Both the position numbers and the translations under genes were made by a program. This document shows positions 36,636 through 46,276 of a stretch of DNA of 64,000 nt, piece after piece. Each line of letters begins with the position of its first letter. Positions within the stretch are counted from its first letter, which is position 1. Source of the DNA: Armatimonadota bacterium (GTDB lineage: Bacteria; Armatimonadota; SYMT01); NCBI GenBank assembly GCA_041690135.1, contig JAWLHY010000002.1, positions 1 through 64,000 on the forward strand, in the 5' to 3' direction. Below the pieces are notes generated by a model. It was not told where the DNA came from, searched no databases, and saw only the letters and a program-made list of their open reading frames with translations.

Positions 36636-37853
36636 TCAGCGCACGTCCCGCCAGAGCCAGCGGAGGCTGTCCGGGAAGTTCGCCGCGCCCTGGCGGTTGC
36701 TGTGGAAGCCCAGCCCCCAATCGAAGTGGTAGTCGTAGCCCATGAAGCTCAAGGACGAGGCCATTTCCTGGTTGGCGAGCGGCCAGTTGCCGTGCTCGTT
36801 GTTCAGGTCGTTGGCGCCCGCCTGCAGCCAGACGCGGATCGGCTTCTTCGGGGTCTTGCGGAGCAGGGCGGCGTAGTTGTGCCCGCCGGCGCGGAGGGTA
36901 GGCCCCGCGGCGATATTGACGAAGCTGCCGACCCAGGAGAGAACCTTCCGGAACTGGTCCGGCCGTTCCCAGGCCACGGTCCACGCGCAGATGGCTCCCG
37001 AGGAGATGCCGGCGATCGCCCGGCGCGCCGGGTCGTCGGTGAGGCGCACCGTCTTTCCGACTTCCGGCAGGATCTCCTCGATCACGAACCGGGCGTACTG
37101 GTCGGAGAGCGTGTCGTACTCGAAGCTGCGGTTGGAGCGCCCGTCTTTGAAAGTGCCCGGATTGATGAAGATCCCCACCGTCACCGGCATCTGCCCTTTG
37201 GCGATGAGGTTGTCGAAGACGGTGGGCGCGTAGACCGGCGCGTTCAGGTAGCCGCCGCCGTCCTGGATCACCATCACCGCCGCGGGGTTCTCCGGCCGAT
37301 ACTGCGCGGGAACGTAGACCCAGTAATCGCGCGTGGTGCCGGGGAAGACCTTGCTCTCGAAGGTGGAGCGGGTCACCTTCCCCTGCGGCACGTTCGGCTG
37401 CGGGAAAGTGTCCGGATGGCGTGGGAAGTACTCCATGGGGAAACTACCCCCGCCGAAGCGCTTCCCGCCCGCCTCGTACTGGTAGGCCACCAGGGCGGGG
37501 TTCGGCACCGGGGTCACGGTGACCCACAGGTCGGTGTTCCCCAGCCGGGTCAGGCCGAAGGACCGGATGTTTCCCACCATCTGCACCCGGGGAGTCCCTT
37601 CCGCCACGCTGACCGCGAAGAGCGCCAGGTTCTCCTCCGTGCGGTGGGTCGCCCGCCCTTCCTTCAGCGCCTCTTCCCCGAAAGTGGCGCGGACCCGCTT
37701 TGCCAGTGCCTCGGCCACGGCGCCGGTGGGGTTCTTGTCCAGCTCCGCCTGGAGCTGTTTCGGGCTGATCGGCCCCTCTTCAGCCGCGCCCGGAAGCGCG
37801 CAAAGCGTCGTTATGGCGAGGGCGATGGCAAAGAAACGGGAACGGGGAAACAT
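36636..37853 (-). CDS. Secreted esterase (enterochelin-esterase-like alpha/beta hydrolase)
   Basis: YWVYVPAQY, GISSG nucleophile elbow, signal peptide. Confidence 0.9.
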   Translation of the reverse strand: MFPRSRFFAIALAITTLCALPGAAEEGPISPKQLQAELDKNPTGAVAEALAKRVRATFGEEALKEGRATHRTEENLALFAVSVAEGTPRVQMVGNIRSFGLTRLGNTDLWVTVTPVPNPALVAYQYEAGGKRFGGGSFPMEYFPRHPDTFPQPNVPQGKVTRSTFESKVFPGTTRDYWVYVPAQYRPENPAAVMVIQDGGGYLNAPVYAPTVFDNLIAKGQMPVTVGIFINPGTFKDGRSNRSFEYDTLSDQYARFVIEEILPEVGKTVRLTDDPARRAIAGISSGAICAWTVAWERPDQFRKVLSWVGSFVNIAAGPTLRAGGHNYAALLRKTPKKPIRVWLQAGANDLNNEHGNWPLANQEMASSLSFMGYDYHFDWGLGFHSNRQGAANFPDSLRWLWRDVR

Positions 37854-37918
37854 GGAAACTCCTTCTCCGGCAAGCAAACCGAGCCAGAGTTCCCACCTTC
37901 CCACCAGAACTCCTTCAT

Positions 37919-37972
37919 CCTACTGCCCACCGCCTACTGCCCACCGCCTTCTGCCTACTGCCCCCTGCCCTC
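37919..37972. repeat. Heptamer tandem repeat, (T/C)GCC(C/T)AC-like
   Basis: TGCCCAC CGCCTAC TGCCCAC CGCCTTC TGCCTAC TGCCCCC TGCCCTC. Confidence 0.75.
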
Positions 37973-38920
37973 CCCAGGGGCCGCTCCCAGGAACTCCAGG
38001 GTCTCCGTAAAGCGGGAGATGGTCTCCTGGATGGGACTGGCGGCTTCCCGATCGGCCTGCTCGCGCTCGGAAAGCGTGCGTACGAGGGTCTCGATCTCGG
38101 ACTCGGCCTGGCGGCGGAGGTCCGCAATCTGCTTCTCCAGCTCGGAAACGGCCTTCAGCGTCTTGAGCTTGACCTGCTCGACCAGGGCCTCCGCCTCGGA
38201 GCGAAACCGGGCCGTCTCTTCCTTCCGGCCGGCCTGGTAGGCCTGCAGCACCTGCAGCTTCCGTTCCGCATCGGAGACCACATCCGCCACGGAGGCGCCG
38301 GGCCGGAACTCCAGGGCGGTCAGCACGGCCGTGCGGGCCATCTCCTGGTCGAAACTGCGGTACCGGGCGACGAGGGCGGACACTTCTTCCACGGAGCAGA
38401 CGCATGCGGGAAGGTCCGCCTGCTTGAAGATTTCCTCCGGGGAGAGGGGAGCGCCGGCCGTGGGCGTGGGCCGGGCACTCGCCGCCGGATCCGCGGGGTG
38501 AGCTCCGTTGGGCGCCGGCGCTATGGCGGTCTCGCGAGCTTCCGTCCCACGAGCTTCCGTCCCACCCTGGGCGTACCTATGCCCGCGGTAGCTGTACTCC
38601 GCCGGCGCCGGGGGAGCGGTCGGAGCTTCCGCGGCAGCCTGGGGGTCGATAGGGACATAATAGCTCTGCCCGCGAAAGGATACTTTTCGCATTCCCGGTG
38701 GAGGGGCGTCCTCCCTGTCCGGGTGCTTGCCCGAATTGGCCATGCCGGGGTTCTCCTGCAGTTCGTCGATCAGATCGGTGAGACCGGTGAGCGTCCTTTC
38801 CATATCCCGCATCAGGTCGGGAGAGTAATCCAGGGCGGCGGCGCCGCCGCTGAGCCGCGGGGCGGGTGCGCCGACCCACCGGCGCAGGGTTTGATCCATT
38901 CGTTCGTTGATGAGTGCCAT
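37955..38920 (-). CDS. Hypothetical protein with Pro/Ala-rich linker and C-terminal coiled coil
   Basis: Long ORF with GC-rich codon usage; heptad-rich C-terminus. Confidence 0.7.
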   Translation of the reverse strand: MALINERMDQTLRRWVGAPAPRLSGGAAALDYSPDLMRDMERTLTGLTDLIDELQENPGMANSGKHPDREDAPPPGMRKVSFRGQSYYVPIDPQAAAEAPTAPPAPAEYSYRGHRYAQGGTEARGTEARETAIAPAPNGAHPADPAASARPTPTAGAPLSPEEIFKQADLPACVCSVEEVSALVARYRSFDQEMARTAVLTALEFRPGASVADVVSDAERKLQVLQAYQAGRKEETARFRSEAEALVEQVKLKTLKAVSELEKQIADLRRQAESEIETLVRTLSEREQADREAASPIQETISRFTETLEFLGAAPGEGRGQ

Positions 38921-39026
38921 GGGAAGAAGTTCGGGAGGGTGCGGAGGTAACTTCCGATGACCCTATAGCCCGCCGCTTGATTGAAACTAAATGAGGAAGC
39001 GGGCGGGAGAAAACTCGGCCAAAAGT

Positions 39027-40295
39027 ATGATCGACGGCAAGGAATCCACGGAGCGCCGGCACTCCCTACGGGAGTTGATCTCACACCGGAACCGGTTTGC
39101 CATTCTCCTCTTCGAGTTGACGTGGGGGCTGGCGATGCCGCTGATGTACCACGCCACGATGGTGCCCGGCTACCTCCGCTACCTGGGCATCGCCAATGCG
39201 TGGATCGGCCTGGTGCCGGCGATCCACACCGGGATTTATGCCATCATCCAGCCCTACGCGGCGTTCCGGTGGCGGCCCGGCCCCCGGCGCGTGACGGTCA
39301 TGCGCCTCATCTACGTGCTTACTGGAGCGGGGTACGTGCTCCTGGGGCTGCTGGTGCTGCGGGGGTTCCCCTTACCGGCCGCCGGCCTGGCGGTAGTGCT
39401 GGCGGTAGAACTGCTGGCCGCCGTCACCACCGGCGCCGGAGATCCGCAGTACGCCAACCTGGTGGTGGAGAGCATTTCCCCCCGGCAGCGAGGGTTCTTC
39501 TTTGGCCTGCGGGCGGTCCTGCTGGGGGTGGGCGGCATTGTGGGCGGCCTCCTCGCCGCGCACCTTCTGAAGGTGGCCGTTGCCCCATCCAATTTCGGCG
39601 CGAGCTTCGTGTGCGGCGGCACCCTCTTGATGCTCAGCACCCTCAGCATGGCGCTCTACCGCGACCGTCCTCCGCAGCCCGAAGACAAGAATGCCTCCTT
39701 TCGAGGCTATCTGCAGGAGCGGGTGCTGCCGCGAGTGCGCCACACGGAGTTCCGGACGTACCTGGCCGCTAGCGTCCTGTTCACGCTTTCAACCTCCGGT
39801 TTCACGTTCGTCAGCCTGCTGCTCAAGGCCAAGCTGAACGAGACGGAAGGACTGCTCGGCTTCCTCGGCAGCCTGTTCATGGCGGCCAACCTGACGCAGT
39901 CATGGGTGCTGGGGGTGGTCTGCGACCGGTGGGGCTCGCGCGCCGGCTTTATCCTGGGTCTCGTCCTTTACACCGCGGGCCTGTTGGGGTGTGTCTTCGG
40001 CACGGACCGCGCCTTCCTCCTGGCTGCCTACTTCTGCGCGTCGGTCTGGTTCCCCACCCAGATCGTCGCCGCGCAGGACCTGGCCTACCGCCTGGCCGAA
40101 GATGCCCCCCCGGCCGAGATCTTCAGCACCACGATGGTGGTGCTCGCCCCGGCTCGGATCTTCGGACCGCTGCTGGCGGGGGCCGCAATCGATCGGTGGA
40201 TGCATGGTCCACCCTTGCTCGTGTGCGCGGGCCTGGCATGCCTCGCGGCCCTGGTGCTGGTCCGTCCTGCTGCGGCTCCTCGGCCGCGAACTTGA
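39027..40295 (+). CDS. MFS transporter
   Basis: About 12 TM segments; RQRGFFFG and GVVCDRWGSR motifs. Confidence 0.88.
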   Translation: MIDGKESTERRHSLRELISHRNRFAILLFELTWGLAMPLMYHATMVPGYLRYLGIANAWIGLVPAIHTGIYAIIQPYAAFRWRPGPRRVTVMRLIYVLTGAGYVLLGLLVLRGFPLPAAGLAVVLAVELLAAVTTGAGDPQYANLVVESISPRQRGFFFGLRAVLLGVGGIVGGLLAAHLLKVAVAPSNFGASFVCGGTLLMLSTLSMALYRDRPPQPEDKNASFRGYLQERVLPRVRHTEFRTYLAASVLFTLSTSGFTFVSLLLKAKLNETEGLLGFLGSLFMAANLTQSWVLGVVCDRWGSRAGFILGLVLYTAGLLGCVFGTDRAFLLAAYFCASVWFPTQIVAAQDLAYRLAEDAPPAEIFSTTMVVLAPARIFGPLLAGAAIDRWMHGPPLLVCAGLACLAALVLVRPAAAPRPRT

Positions 40296-40429
40296 GGTTC
40301 CGAATGCGGGTGGGGCAAAAGCACAGGAGGTGTGCGCGATTCCACCCGCGGTACGCACCGAAGGGTAAGGTATGCTCCTCTTGATGGACGAGCGATGCCG
40401 GCTACAAGCGCCGGTGGAGGAGGGAGACC

Positions 40430-41632
40430 ATGCAGCGGTGGCTTCGGAAGACGGGTTGGGCCGGCGGACTGCTGGCGCTGGGGGTTGGCCAATGGGCTCT
40501 CACCGGCGCACAGGCGCAAGAGGGCGCGAAGGCGGTCGCGGTAGACGATTTTGAAAGCGGCCTCTCCGGCTGGACGGCGATCCGGGCCGAGGAGGGGGTG
40601 GGGTTCGGGATGGATGAGAGCGCGAAACTCTCCATCGCGACCGAAGCGCAGCAGCCGAAGTCCGGAAAGGGCGCCCTGGTCTACACGTACGAGCTCCGCC
40701 CGAAGGTGTTCTCCGCGCTCATGCTGCCCCGGGAGATGGACCTCACCGGGATGAAGTCGCTCCGCTTCTCCGTGCGCTGCAGCACCCCGACCTCGGTTGT
40801 TGTCAGTGTGGGGGAGCGCGGCGGGGCGAGCTACGTGGCCACCTCGTACTGCGACGCCGGTGGGTGGGAAGAGCGCGTGCTGAACCTGGACGAACTCACC
40901 CTGGACGACCGCGGAAAAGACACGAACGGAAAGCTGGATCTGGACCAGGTCTCCTCGGTGACGGTGATGGACATCGGGACCATGCTGGTGAACGTAGTCC
41001 CCGAGATCAAGGGGACCCGCACTCTCTCACTGGATGACGTGTCGTTCTCCCCGCAGGCCGCCCCCCGCACCACCGGCGTCACCAAGGACGCCGCCGGCAA
41101 GGCGATCCACCTGGTCGACAACTTCGAGACTTCGGTCATCCGCTGGGCGCCACTGACCGCGGACGTGACGGCCGGCCTGAAGATCAACGCCTTCGACATC
41201 CCGCTCCGGATCGACGCGGACGTGCCGAACGGCGGCGGCAAGGGCAGCCTGCAGGCCAGCTATACCCGGACGCAGGGCCGGCTTCCGGTATTCATGCGGG
41301 ACGTGGAGAAGGTGGACCTGGGCAGCCCCACCGCGCTGACCCTGAACCTCAAGACCGCTCGCGACGGCACGTTCATGGTGAACCTGGAAGAGAAGGACGG
41401 CTCCCGCTATCAGCAGATGGTGGAGTTAAAGGCCGGCGATCTCTGGAAGGAGCTCCGTTACGCGCTTAGCTCCTTCGAGCTGGCCGGGGACAGCAACGAC
41501 GAGAACGGCCAACTCGACGCGGGCCAGATCAAGCAGGTCGCCGTCGCCGACCTGTCCGGCCTGCTCGGCGCGGACCTGGGGGCCGCCAACACCCTGTACA
41601 TCGACGAAGTTCGGTTCAACCTGTCGGACTGA
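40430..41632 (+). CDS. Secreted protein with two carbohydrate-binding (CBM11/CIA30-like) domains
   Basis: Duplicated VD(D/N)FE...GKG(A/S)L...NG(K/Q)LD..Q...L(S/Y)(L/I)D(D/E)V.F. Confidence 0.75.
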   Translation: MQRWLRKTGWAGGLLALGVGQWALTGAQAQEGAKAVAVDDFESGLSGWTAIRAEEGVGFGMDESAKLSIATEAQQPKSGKGALVYTYELRPKVFSALMLPREMDLTGMKSLRFSVRCSTPTSVVVSVGERGGASYVATSYCDAGGWEERVLNLDELTLDDRGKDTNGKLDLDQVSSVTVMDIGTMLVNVVPEIKGTRTLSLDDVSFSPQAAPRTTGVTKDAAGKAIHLVDNFETSVIRWAPLTADVTAGLKINAFDIPLRIDADVPNGGGKGSLQASYTRTQGRLPVFMRDVEKVDLGSPTALTLNLKTARDGTFMVNLEEKDGSRYQQMVELKAGDLWKELRYALSSFELAGDSNDENGQLDAGQIKQVAVADLSGLLGADLGAANTLYIDEVRFNLSD

Positions 41633-41646
41633 AAGGAACTAGCGAC

Positions 41647-41704
41647 CGAAGGAAAGGTAAGTAGGGGCGCCCTCCGGAGGGCGTCCCTACTTACCTTTCC
41701 TTCG
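41647..41704. terminator. Long hairpin between convergent genes
   Basis: CGAAGGAAAGGTAAGTAGGG...CCCTACTTACCTTTCCTTCG. Confidence 0.8.
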
Positions 41705-41718
41705 CAATTTCAGATCCG

Positions 41719-42192
41719 CTAGGCGAGCTTCACGCGGGGCACCTTGCCCTGGCCGCGCTGCTCGATGGAGGCCGTCTTCATGCAGAGGGCTTTCTCCAGC
41801 TCTTCCGCGAAGTCGGTCTCTTCCTTGCTCATCTCTTCCAGCAGCACCCGGAGCGCCACCATCTTGCGCGCGTCCGCCTTCTCGACCATGTCGTTGATCC
41901 GGTCGATGGCGGCGCGGTGCTGCTCCAGGTCCTGCTGCAGCATCTCGGTGGTGTCGGTCGACTGGCGGACTTCACCGATCTGCACCGAGGGCACACCCCC
42001 CAGGGCTACGATTTTGTCCCCCAGTTCTCGCGCGTGGCTCAGCGTGTCCTTGGCGTGGTCGCGCAGAAGCTCCGCAAAAGTGTAGCGGTCGGCCCCCTGC
42101 ATGAGGAAGCTATGCTGCATGAGCTGGATCATACTGGTGTACTCCGTGCTCATGATGTCGTTCAACCCGTCGAGGATTTCCTGGTCAGCCAT
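41719..42192 (-). CDS. Ferritin-like (bacterioferritin-fold) protein
   Basis: LND...E, HARELGDKIVALGGVP, MLQQDL. Confidence 0.85.
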   Translation of the reverse strand: MADQEILDGLNDIMSTEYTSMIQLMQHSFLMQGADRYTFAELLRDHAKDTLSHARELGDKIVALGGVPSVQIGEVRQSTDTTEMLQQDLEQHRAAIDRINDMVEKADARKMVALRVLLEEMSKEETDFAEELEKALCMKTASIEQRGQGKVPRVKLA

Positions 42193-42282
42193 CCCGTCTC
42201 CAATCTATCGTCACCGCGCACCCACGGACATGGGTCCTCGAGCGCGCCCTCCCTGGGAAGGTATATCCAGTATACCCGCCCC

Positions 42283-43995
42283 TCACACCAGGCGGCAGCC
42301 GGATGTGCCGGCAGGCAGGGGGGTGTCTTCCAGGTAGTCTGCAGCCCGTAGGAGACGGACCGTCACCGCGGTCCCGACGCCGACCTGGCTTTCGAAGGAG
42401 AGGTGGCCCCCATGCGCCTCGACGATGCTCCGGCAGATGGCCAGCCCCAGCCCGGTGCCGCCGCGCTCCCGCGAGCGGGCGGTATCCACCCGGTAGAAGC
42501 GCTCGCACAGGTGCGGGAGGTGCTCCGGGGGGATGCCCTCCCCGGTATCGCGGATGCGGACGACCACTTCCTCTCGCTCGCTCCCCGGCAGGCTCTCGAT
42601 GTGCGCGGTGACGTCGATCCGGCCTTCCACCTGGGTGTGACGCGTGGCGTTGTCCAGCAGGTTGCCGAACAGCCGGGTGAGATGGTGGCTATCCCCCATA
42701 ACCTGGGGAGAGGGCTCTGGGAGCGCTACGTGGACCGGCGCCGTTTCCCGGAGACGCAGGTTGCCGGCGGCCCGTTCCAGGACGGACGCGAGCGAGGTGG
42801 GCTGGAGGTTCGCATTGAGCTGACCGGCATCCGAACGAGCCAGGAGCAGCAGGTCCTGCACGATGCGGTTCATGGTGTCCGCCGCCTGGTCCACCTCCTG
42901 CAACGCTTCCTGGTACTCCACCGGAGAGCGTTCCCCGAACAGTGCCAGGCTGGTGTTGGCCTTGATGGTGGTGAGGGGGGTACGCAGCTCGTGGGAAGCG
43001 TCCCCGACGAAGCGGCGCTGCTGCTCATACGCCGCTTCCAGGTTACCGAACGCCTCTTGCAGTCGCCCCACCATGCCGTTGAACGTCAGCGCCAGCCGCC
43101 CGAACTCATCCTGGCTGGGGACCGGGAGCCGCCGTGAAAGGTCTTCCGCGCCGATCTGCGCCGCGGCCTCCGTGATCTCCCGTACGGGGCGAAGCGAGCG
43201 GTCGGCCAGGAACATGCCGCCCGCGCCCGCTACCAGGAGCGCCAGCGGAATCAACATCAGCAGGACGCGGACGAGACCCTCCTGGAGCCGGTGGAACTCG
43301 GTGAGGTTATAGGGGATCTGCAAGACGCCCTCTACCCAGGCGCCCTGCGGGTTGCGCCGCACCAGGGGATACGAAATGACCCGCAGCGGCGCTTCGGTGT
43401 CATCCACCGTCATGGTGACGGTCGAGTAGGTGACCAGGCCCGCCACGGCATCCGCCACTGCCGTTGGGTCCAGGGGGGTGTCCTGGGAACCCTCGGCGAG
43501 CGGACCGCCGCTCCGGTTCAGGAACCGCGGGCGCCGAAAAGGGAACTGCCGGTCCGGGGGAGCGCCCGCGAACAGTCCGGGGCCGAGCAGTCCCTGCGGG
43601 CGCCTTTCTTCCGCTACCGTGCGCTCCCGGCCGCGTTCCAGGAGGGTCAATCCTCCGGAAGGACCGGGGCCCTCTCCCGGAGGGGGCCCGGGCGGCTGTG
43701 GGAACCCCTCACCCATCCCCGGCCCGAACCTGCCTGGCGCCGGCCCTGCGGGACCTCCGGGGGGGCCATCGCCGGGCGGAAAGCCTTCGCGGAACGGAGG
43801 CGGGCCGGGCATCGGTCCCCCGCGCGCCCAGCGTTCGGCCTGGCCTCGCGCCATGCGGCGTAACTCTTCATCCACCGAGCGCTGGAACATCACCCGCACG
43901 CTGTAGCAAAGCCCCAGGCCGAACCCGGCGAGTACCAGGGCCAGGACACCAACGTTCCAGAGGGTGAGCCGGGCGCGGACGGAACGGACCTTCAT
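42283..43995 (-). CDS. HAMP-domain sensor histidine kinase
   Basis: DASHELRTPL H-box, NLLDNA, DTGEG, GTGLGL; start MKVRSV overlapping the regulator stop. Confidence 0.95.
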   Translation of the reverse strand: MKVRSVRARLTLWNVGVLALVLAGFGLGLCYSVRVMFQRSVDEELRRMARGQAERWARGGPMPGPPPFREGFPPGDGPPGGPAGPAPGRFGPGMGEGFPQPPGPPPGEGPGPSGGLTLLERGRERTVAEERRPQGLLGPGLFAGAPPDRQFPFRRPRFLNRSGGPLAEGSQDTPLDPTAVADAVAGLVTYSTVTMTVDDTEAPLRVISYPLVRRNPQGAWVEGVLQIPYNLTEFHRLQEGLVRVLLMLIPLALLVAGAGGMFLADRSLRPVREITEAAAQIGAEDLSRRLPVPSQDEFGRLALTFNGMVGRLQEAFGNLEAAYEQQRRFVGDASHELRTPLTTIKANTSLALFGERSPVEYQEALQEVDQAADTMNRIVQDLLLLARSDAGQLNANLQPTSLASVLERAAGNLRLRETAPVHVALPEPSPQVMGDSHHLTRLFGNLLDNATRHTQVEGRIDVTAHIESLPGSEREEVVVRIRDTGEGIPPEHLPHLCERFYRVDTARSRERGGTGLGLAICRSIVEAHGGHLSFESQVGVGTAVTVRLLRAADYLEDTPLPAGTSGCRLV

Positions 43996-44687
43996 CCCGC
44001 CTTCTCCGGCCGGGGGCTTTCCGGCGCTCGCAGGGTGTACCCCAGCCCGTGGACGGTGTGGATCAGGCGCACGGGGTAGCCGGCGTCGATCTTCTTCCGC
44101 AGCAGCCCGATGTGCACGTCCACGGTATTGGAATAGCTCTCCGAGTCCATCCACACCCGCTCCTGGATGACCTCGCGGGTCAGCACCCGCCCCTCATTCG
44201 CGGCGAGCGCCTCCAGCAGGGTGAACTCCCGGCGAGTCAGCGTGATCTCGTGCCCGGCCCGCCACACCCGGCTCTCGGCGGTATCGATCTCCAGGTCGGC
44301 AATCTGGATGACCCGCCCCTTGTGCAGGCGGTCGCGGCGGATCAACGCCCGCACCCGGGCGATCAGTTCCTTAAAGTCGAACGGCTTCGGGAGGTAGTCG
44401 TCCGCCCCCAGTTCCAGCCCCCGCACCCGGTCGTCGACCGCGTCGCGCGCCGTCAGCATCAGGATGGGGGTGCTGTCTCGCCGGCGCCGCAGCTCCTGGC
44501 AGATGCTCCACCCGTCGCGTCCCGGCAGCATCAGGTCGAGGACGATCAGGCCGTAGCTCTCCTGCAGCGCCCGCCGTAGCCCCGCCTCCCCGTCGTGCTC
44601 CACGTCCACCTGGAAGCGCGCCTCTTCCAGCCCGCGCTTCACCACCGCGGCAATCGGTTTCTCATCTTCGACCAGCAGGATTTTCAT
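43992..44687 (-). CDS. OmpR-family response regulator
   Basis: MKILLVEDE, LDLMLP, GADDYLPKPF, LRKKID, HTVHGLGY. Confidence 0.96.
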   Translation of the reverse strand: MKILLVEDEKPIAAVVKRGLEEARFQVDVEHDGEAGLRRALQESYGLIVLDLMLPGRDGWSICQELRRRRDSTPILMLTARDAVDDRVRGLELGADDYLPKPFDFKELIARVRALIRRDRLHKGRVIQIADLEIDTAESRVWRAGHEITLTRREFTLLEALAANEGRVLTREVIQERVWMDSESYSNTVDVHIGLLRKKIDAGYPVRLIHTVHGLGYTLRAPESPRPEKAG

Positions 44688-44757
44688 AGTGCACGATTGG
44701 GGTGAACGTAGCTGTGCCGTGGCTTGGACCTGTAGGATGAGCCTCGGGCAACTCCGG

Positions 44758-44957
44758 GCGTAATGCGTATTGCGTAAGGAACGTGCGTGAGTTGTTGCGT
44801 GGGCCAGGCAGGCTACCTCGGGCAAGGATCTGCGTTCTGAATTCGTAAGGAATGTAAATTGGTCAGCGTAGGGTCGTGAACTCCGGTATTGCAAGATGCA
44901 GAAGCAAACGGAGCGAGTGTATTACGCAATACGCATTACGCAATACGCAATACGCAT
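44758..44957. repeat. Inverted heptamer arrays (TACGCAA/TACGCAT)
   Basis: Five units at 44923-44957; about three reverse-complement units at 44758-44776. Confidence 0.8.
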
Positions 44958-45053
44958 TAGGCTCTGGCGCGAGCATAGATGGCAGGACATCACGCCCACC
45001 CCTAAGGACGTAAACAAGCCTCCCGCAGTTTGCCCCGACGTTCTTCTCTCCAC

Positions 45054-45071
45054 TTCATAATTGCTTCATGA
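45054..45071 (+). promoter_or_regulatory. Putative OmpR-family direct-repeat box
   Basis: TTCATAA-N4-TTCATGA (11-bp period) upstream of the ECF sigma gene. Confidence 0.45.
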
Positions 45072-45191
45072 CGGAAGGCTACCTTTATTAGCAGAGACGG
45101 GTTCACCCGGCGGGGAAGTGGTTTCCCCGGTGAAACCGGAAGCGGGATCCCGCATCGGGCTCACGCCGCGCTACTGTTAAGGAGGTTCGCC

Positions 45192-45842
45192 ATGCAGTCC
45201 TATTCACCGCACTTCATCCCCGCTTCCTCGCCGCTGGGGCCGGTCGGGCGCGGAGAACTCCCCTGGGGTACGGCGGACGGGGACCTCCTGCTGCGCGCTG
45301 CCCAGGATGACGCGCAGGCCTTCGACACCCTGTTCCATCGCCACCGCGACGGGCTGCAGGGCTTCCTGTTCCGCCGGCTGCGCAGCTACGAGGAGGTCGA
45401 GGACGCCCTGAGCCTGACCTTCTTCAACGCGTGGCGCGCCCGCACCATGTTCCGGGGCGCGGCCTCGGGGAAGGCCTGGCTCTACCAGATCGCCAGCCGC
45501 GTGGCCATCGACCTGCTCCGCTCGCGCCGCCGCCGGGCCGGGGAACAGGAGTGGGATCCGGAAGCCGCCGAGTTGCTGACGCCCCTCTCGGACGAGACCC
45601 CCGAGCCCGAAGACCTGGTGCTGCACGACGCCGGGCTCGTCGAGACGCGCCGCTCGGTAGCCGGCGCCATGAACCAGCTCAACCCCGAAGAGCGGCGGCT
45701 CGTCCGCATGTTCTACTTCGAGGAGCGCAGCTACGAGGAGATCAGCGAGCTGCTCGGAATCTCCCGGAGCCAGGTCCGCGGCCGCCTCCACCGCATCCGG
45801 AGCCGCATGCGCCAGTACCTGGATCGGGGAAAAGAGGCATAG
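45192..45842 (+). CDS. ECF sigma-70 factor
   Basis: KAWLYQIASRVAIDLLR; SYEEISELLGISRSQVRGRLHR; SD AAGGAGG. Confidence 0.93.
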   Translation: MQSYSPHFIPASSPLGPVGRGELPWGTADGDLLLRAAQDDAQAFDTLFHRHRDGLQGFLFRRLRSYEEVEDALSLTFFNAWRARTMFRGAASGKAWLYQIASRVAIDLLRSRRRRAGEQEWDPEAAELLTPLSDETPEPEDLVLHDAGLVETRRSVAGAMNQLNPEERRLVRMFYFEERSYEEISELLGISRSQVRGRLHRIRSRMRQYLDRGKEA

Positions 45843-46012
45843 CCCTGGTGCCGGCAAGTCGCCAGGAGAAGATGACAGGCGGGCGCGCGGGATAGTGAGA
45901 AGGCATTCGGGGAGTCTCACCGGTTTCCAAAAACGGGACGCCATAGCAGCCTTTGACAAAAGCTGTTATCCTCATGAGGAGATCTGCAGCTTGATTGGGA
46001 AGAGAGACCCCC

Positions 46013-46276
46013 ATGAATGTCTCACTGACACCGGAGCTAGAACGCCTGGTGCAAGAGAAGGTTGAAAGCGGCCTGTACAGCTCTGCAAGTGAGGTGGTGC
46101 GGGAAGCCCTTCGCCTGCTCCGCGAACGAGACGAACTGCGACAGGCACGGCTGGAGGAACTCCGACGCGAGATCGCGGTGGGCCTGGACGCGTGCAACCG
46201 GGGTGAAGTTGTGGAAGGTGAAGAGGTCTTCCGGCGGCTCTGGGAGCGTCAGGCCGAGTTGGAAGGCCAGAAGTAA
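46013..46276 (+). CDS. ParD-like antitoxin (RHH)
   Basis: MNVSLTPELE...SGLYSSASEVVREALRLL. Confidence 0.92.
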   Translation: MNVSLTPELERLVQEKVESGLYSSASEVVREALRLLRERDELRQARLEELRREIAVGLDACNRGEVVEGEEVFRRLWERQAELEGQK

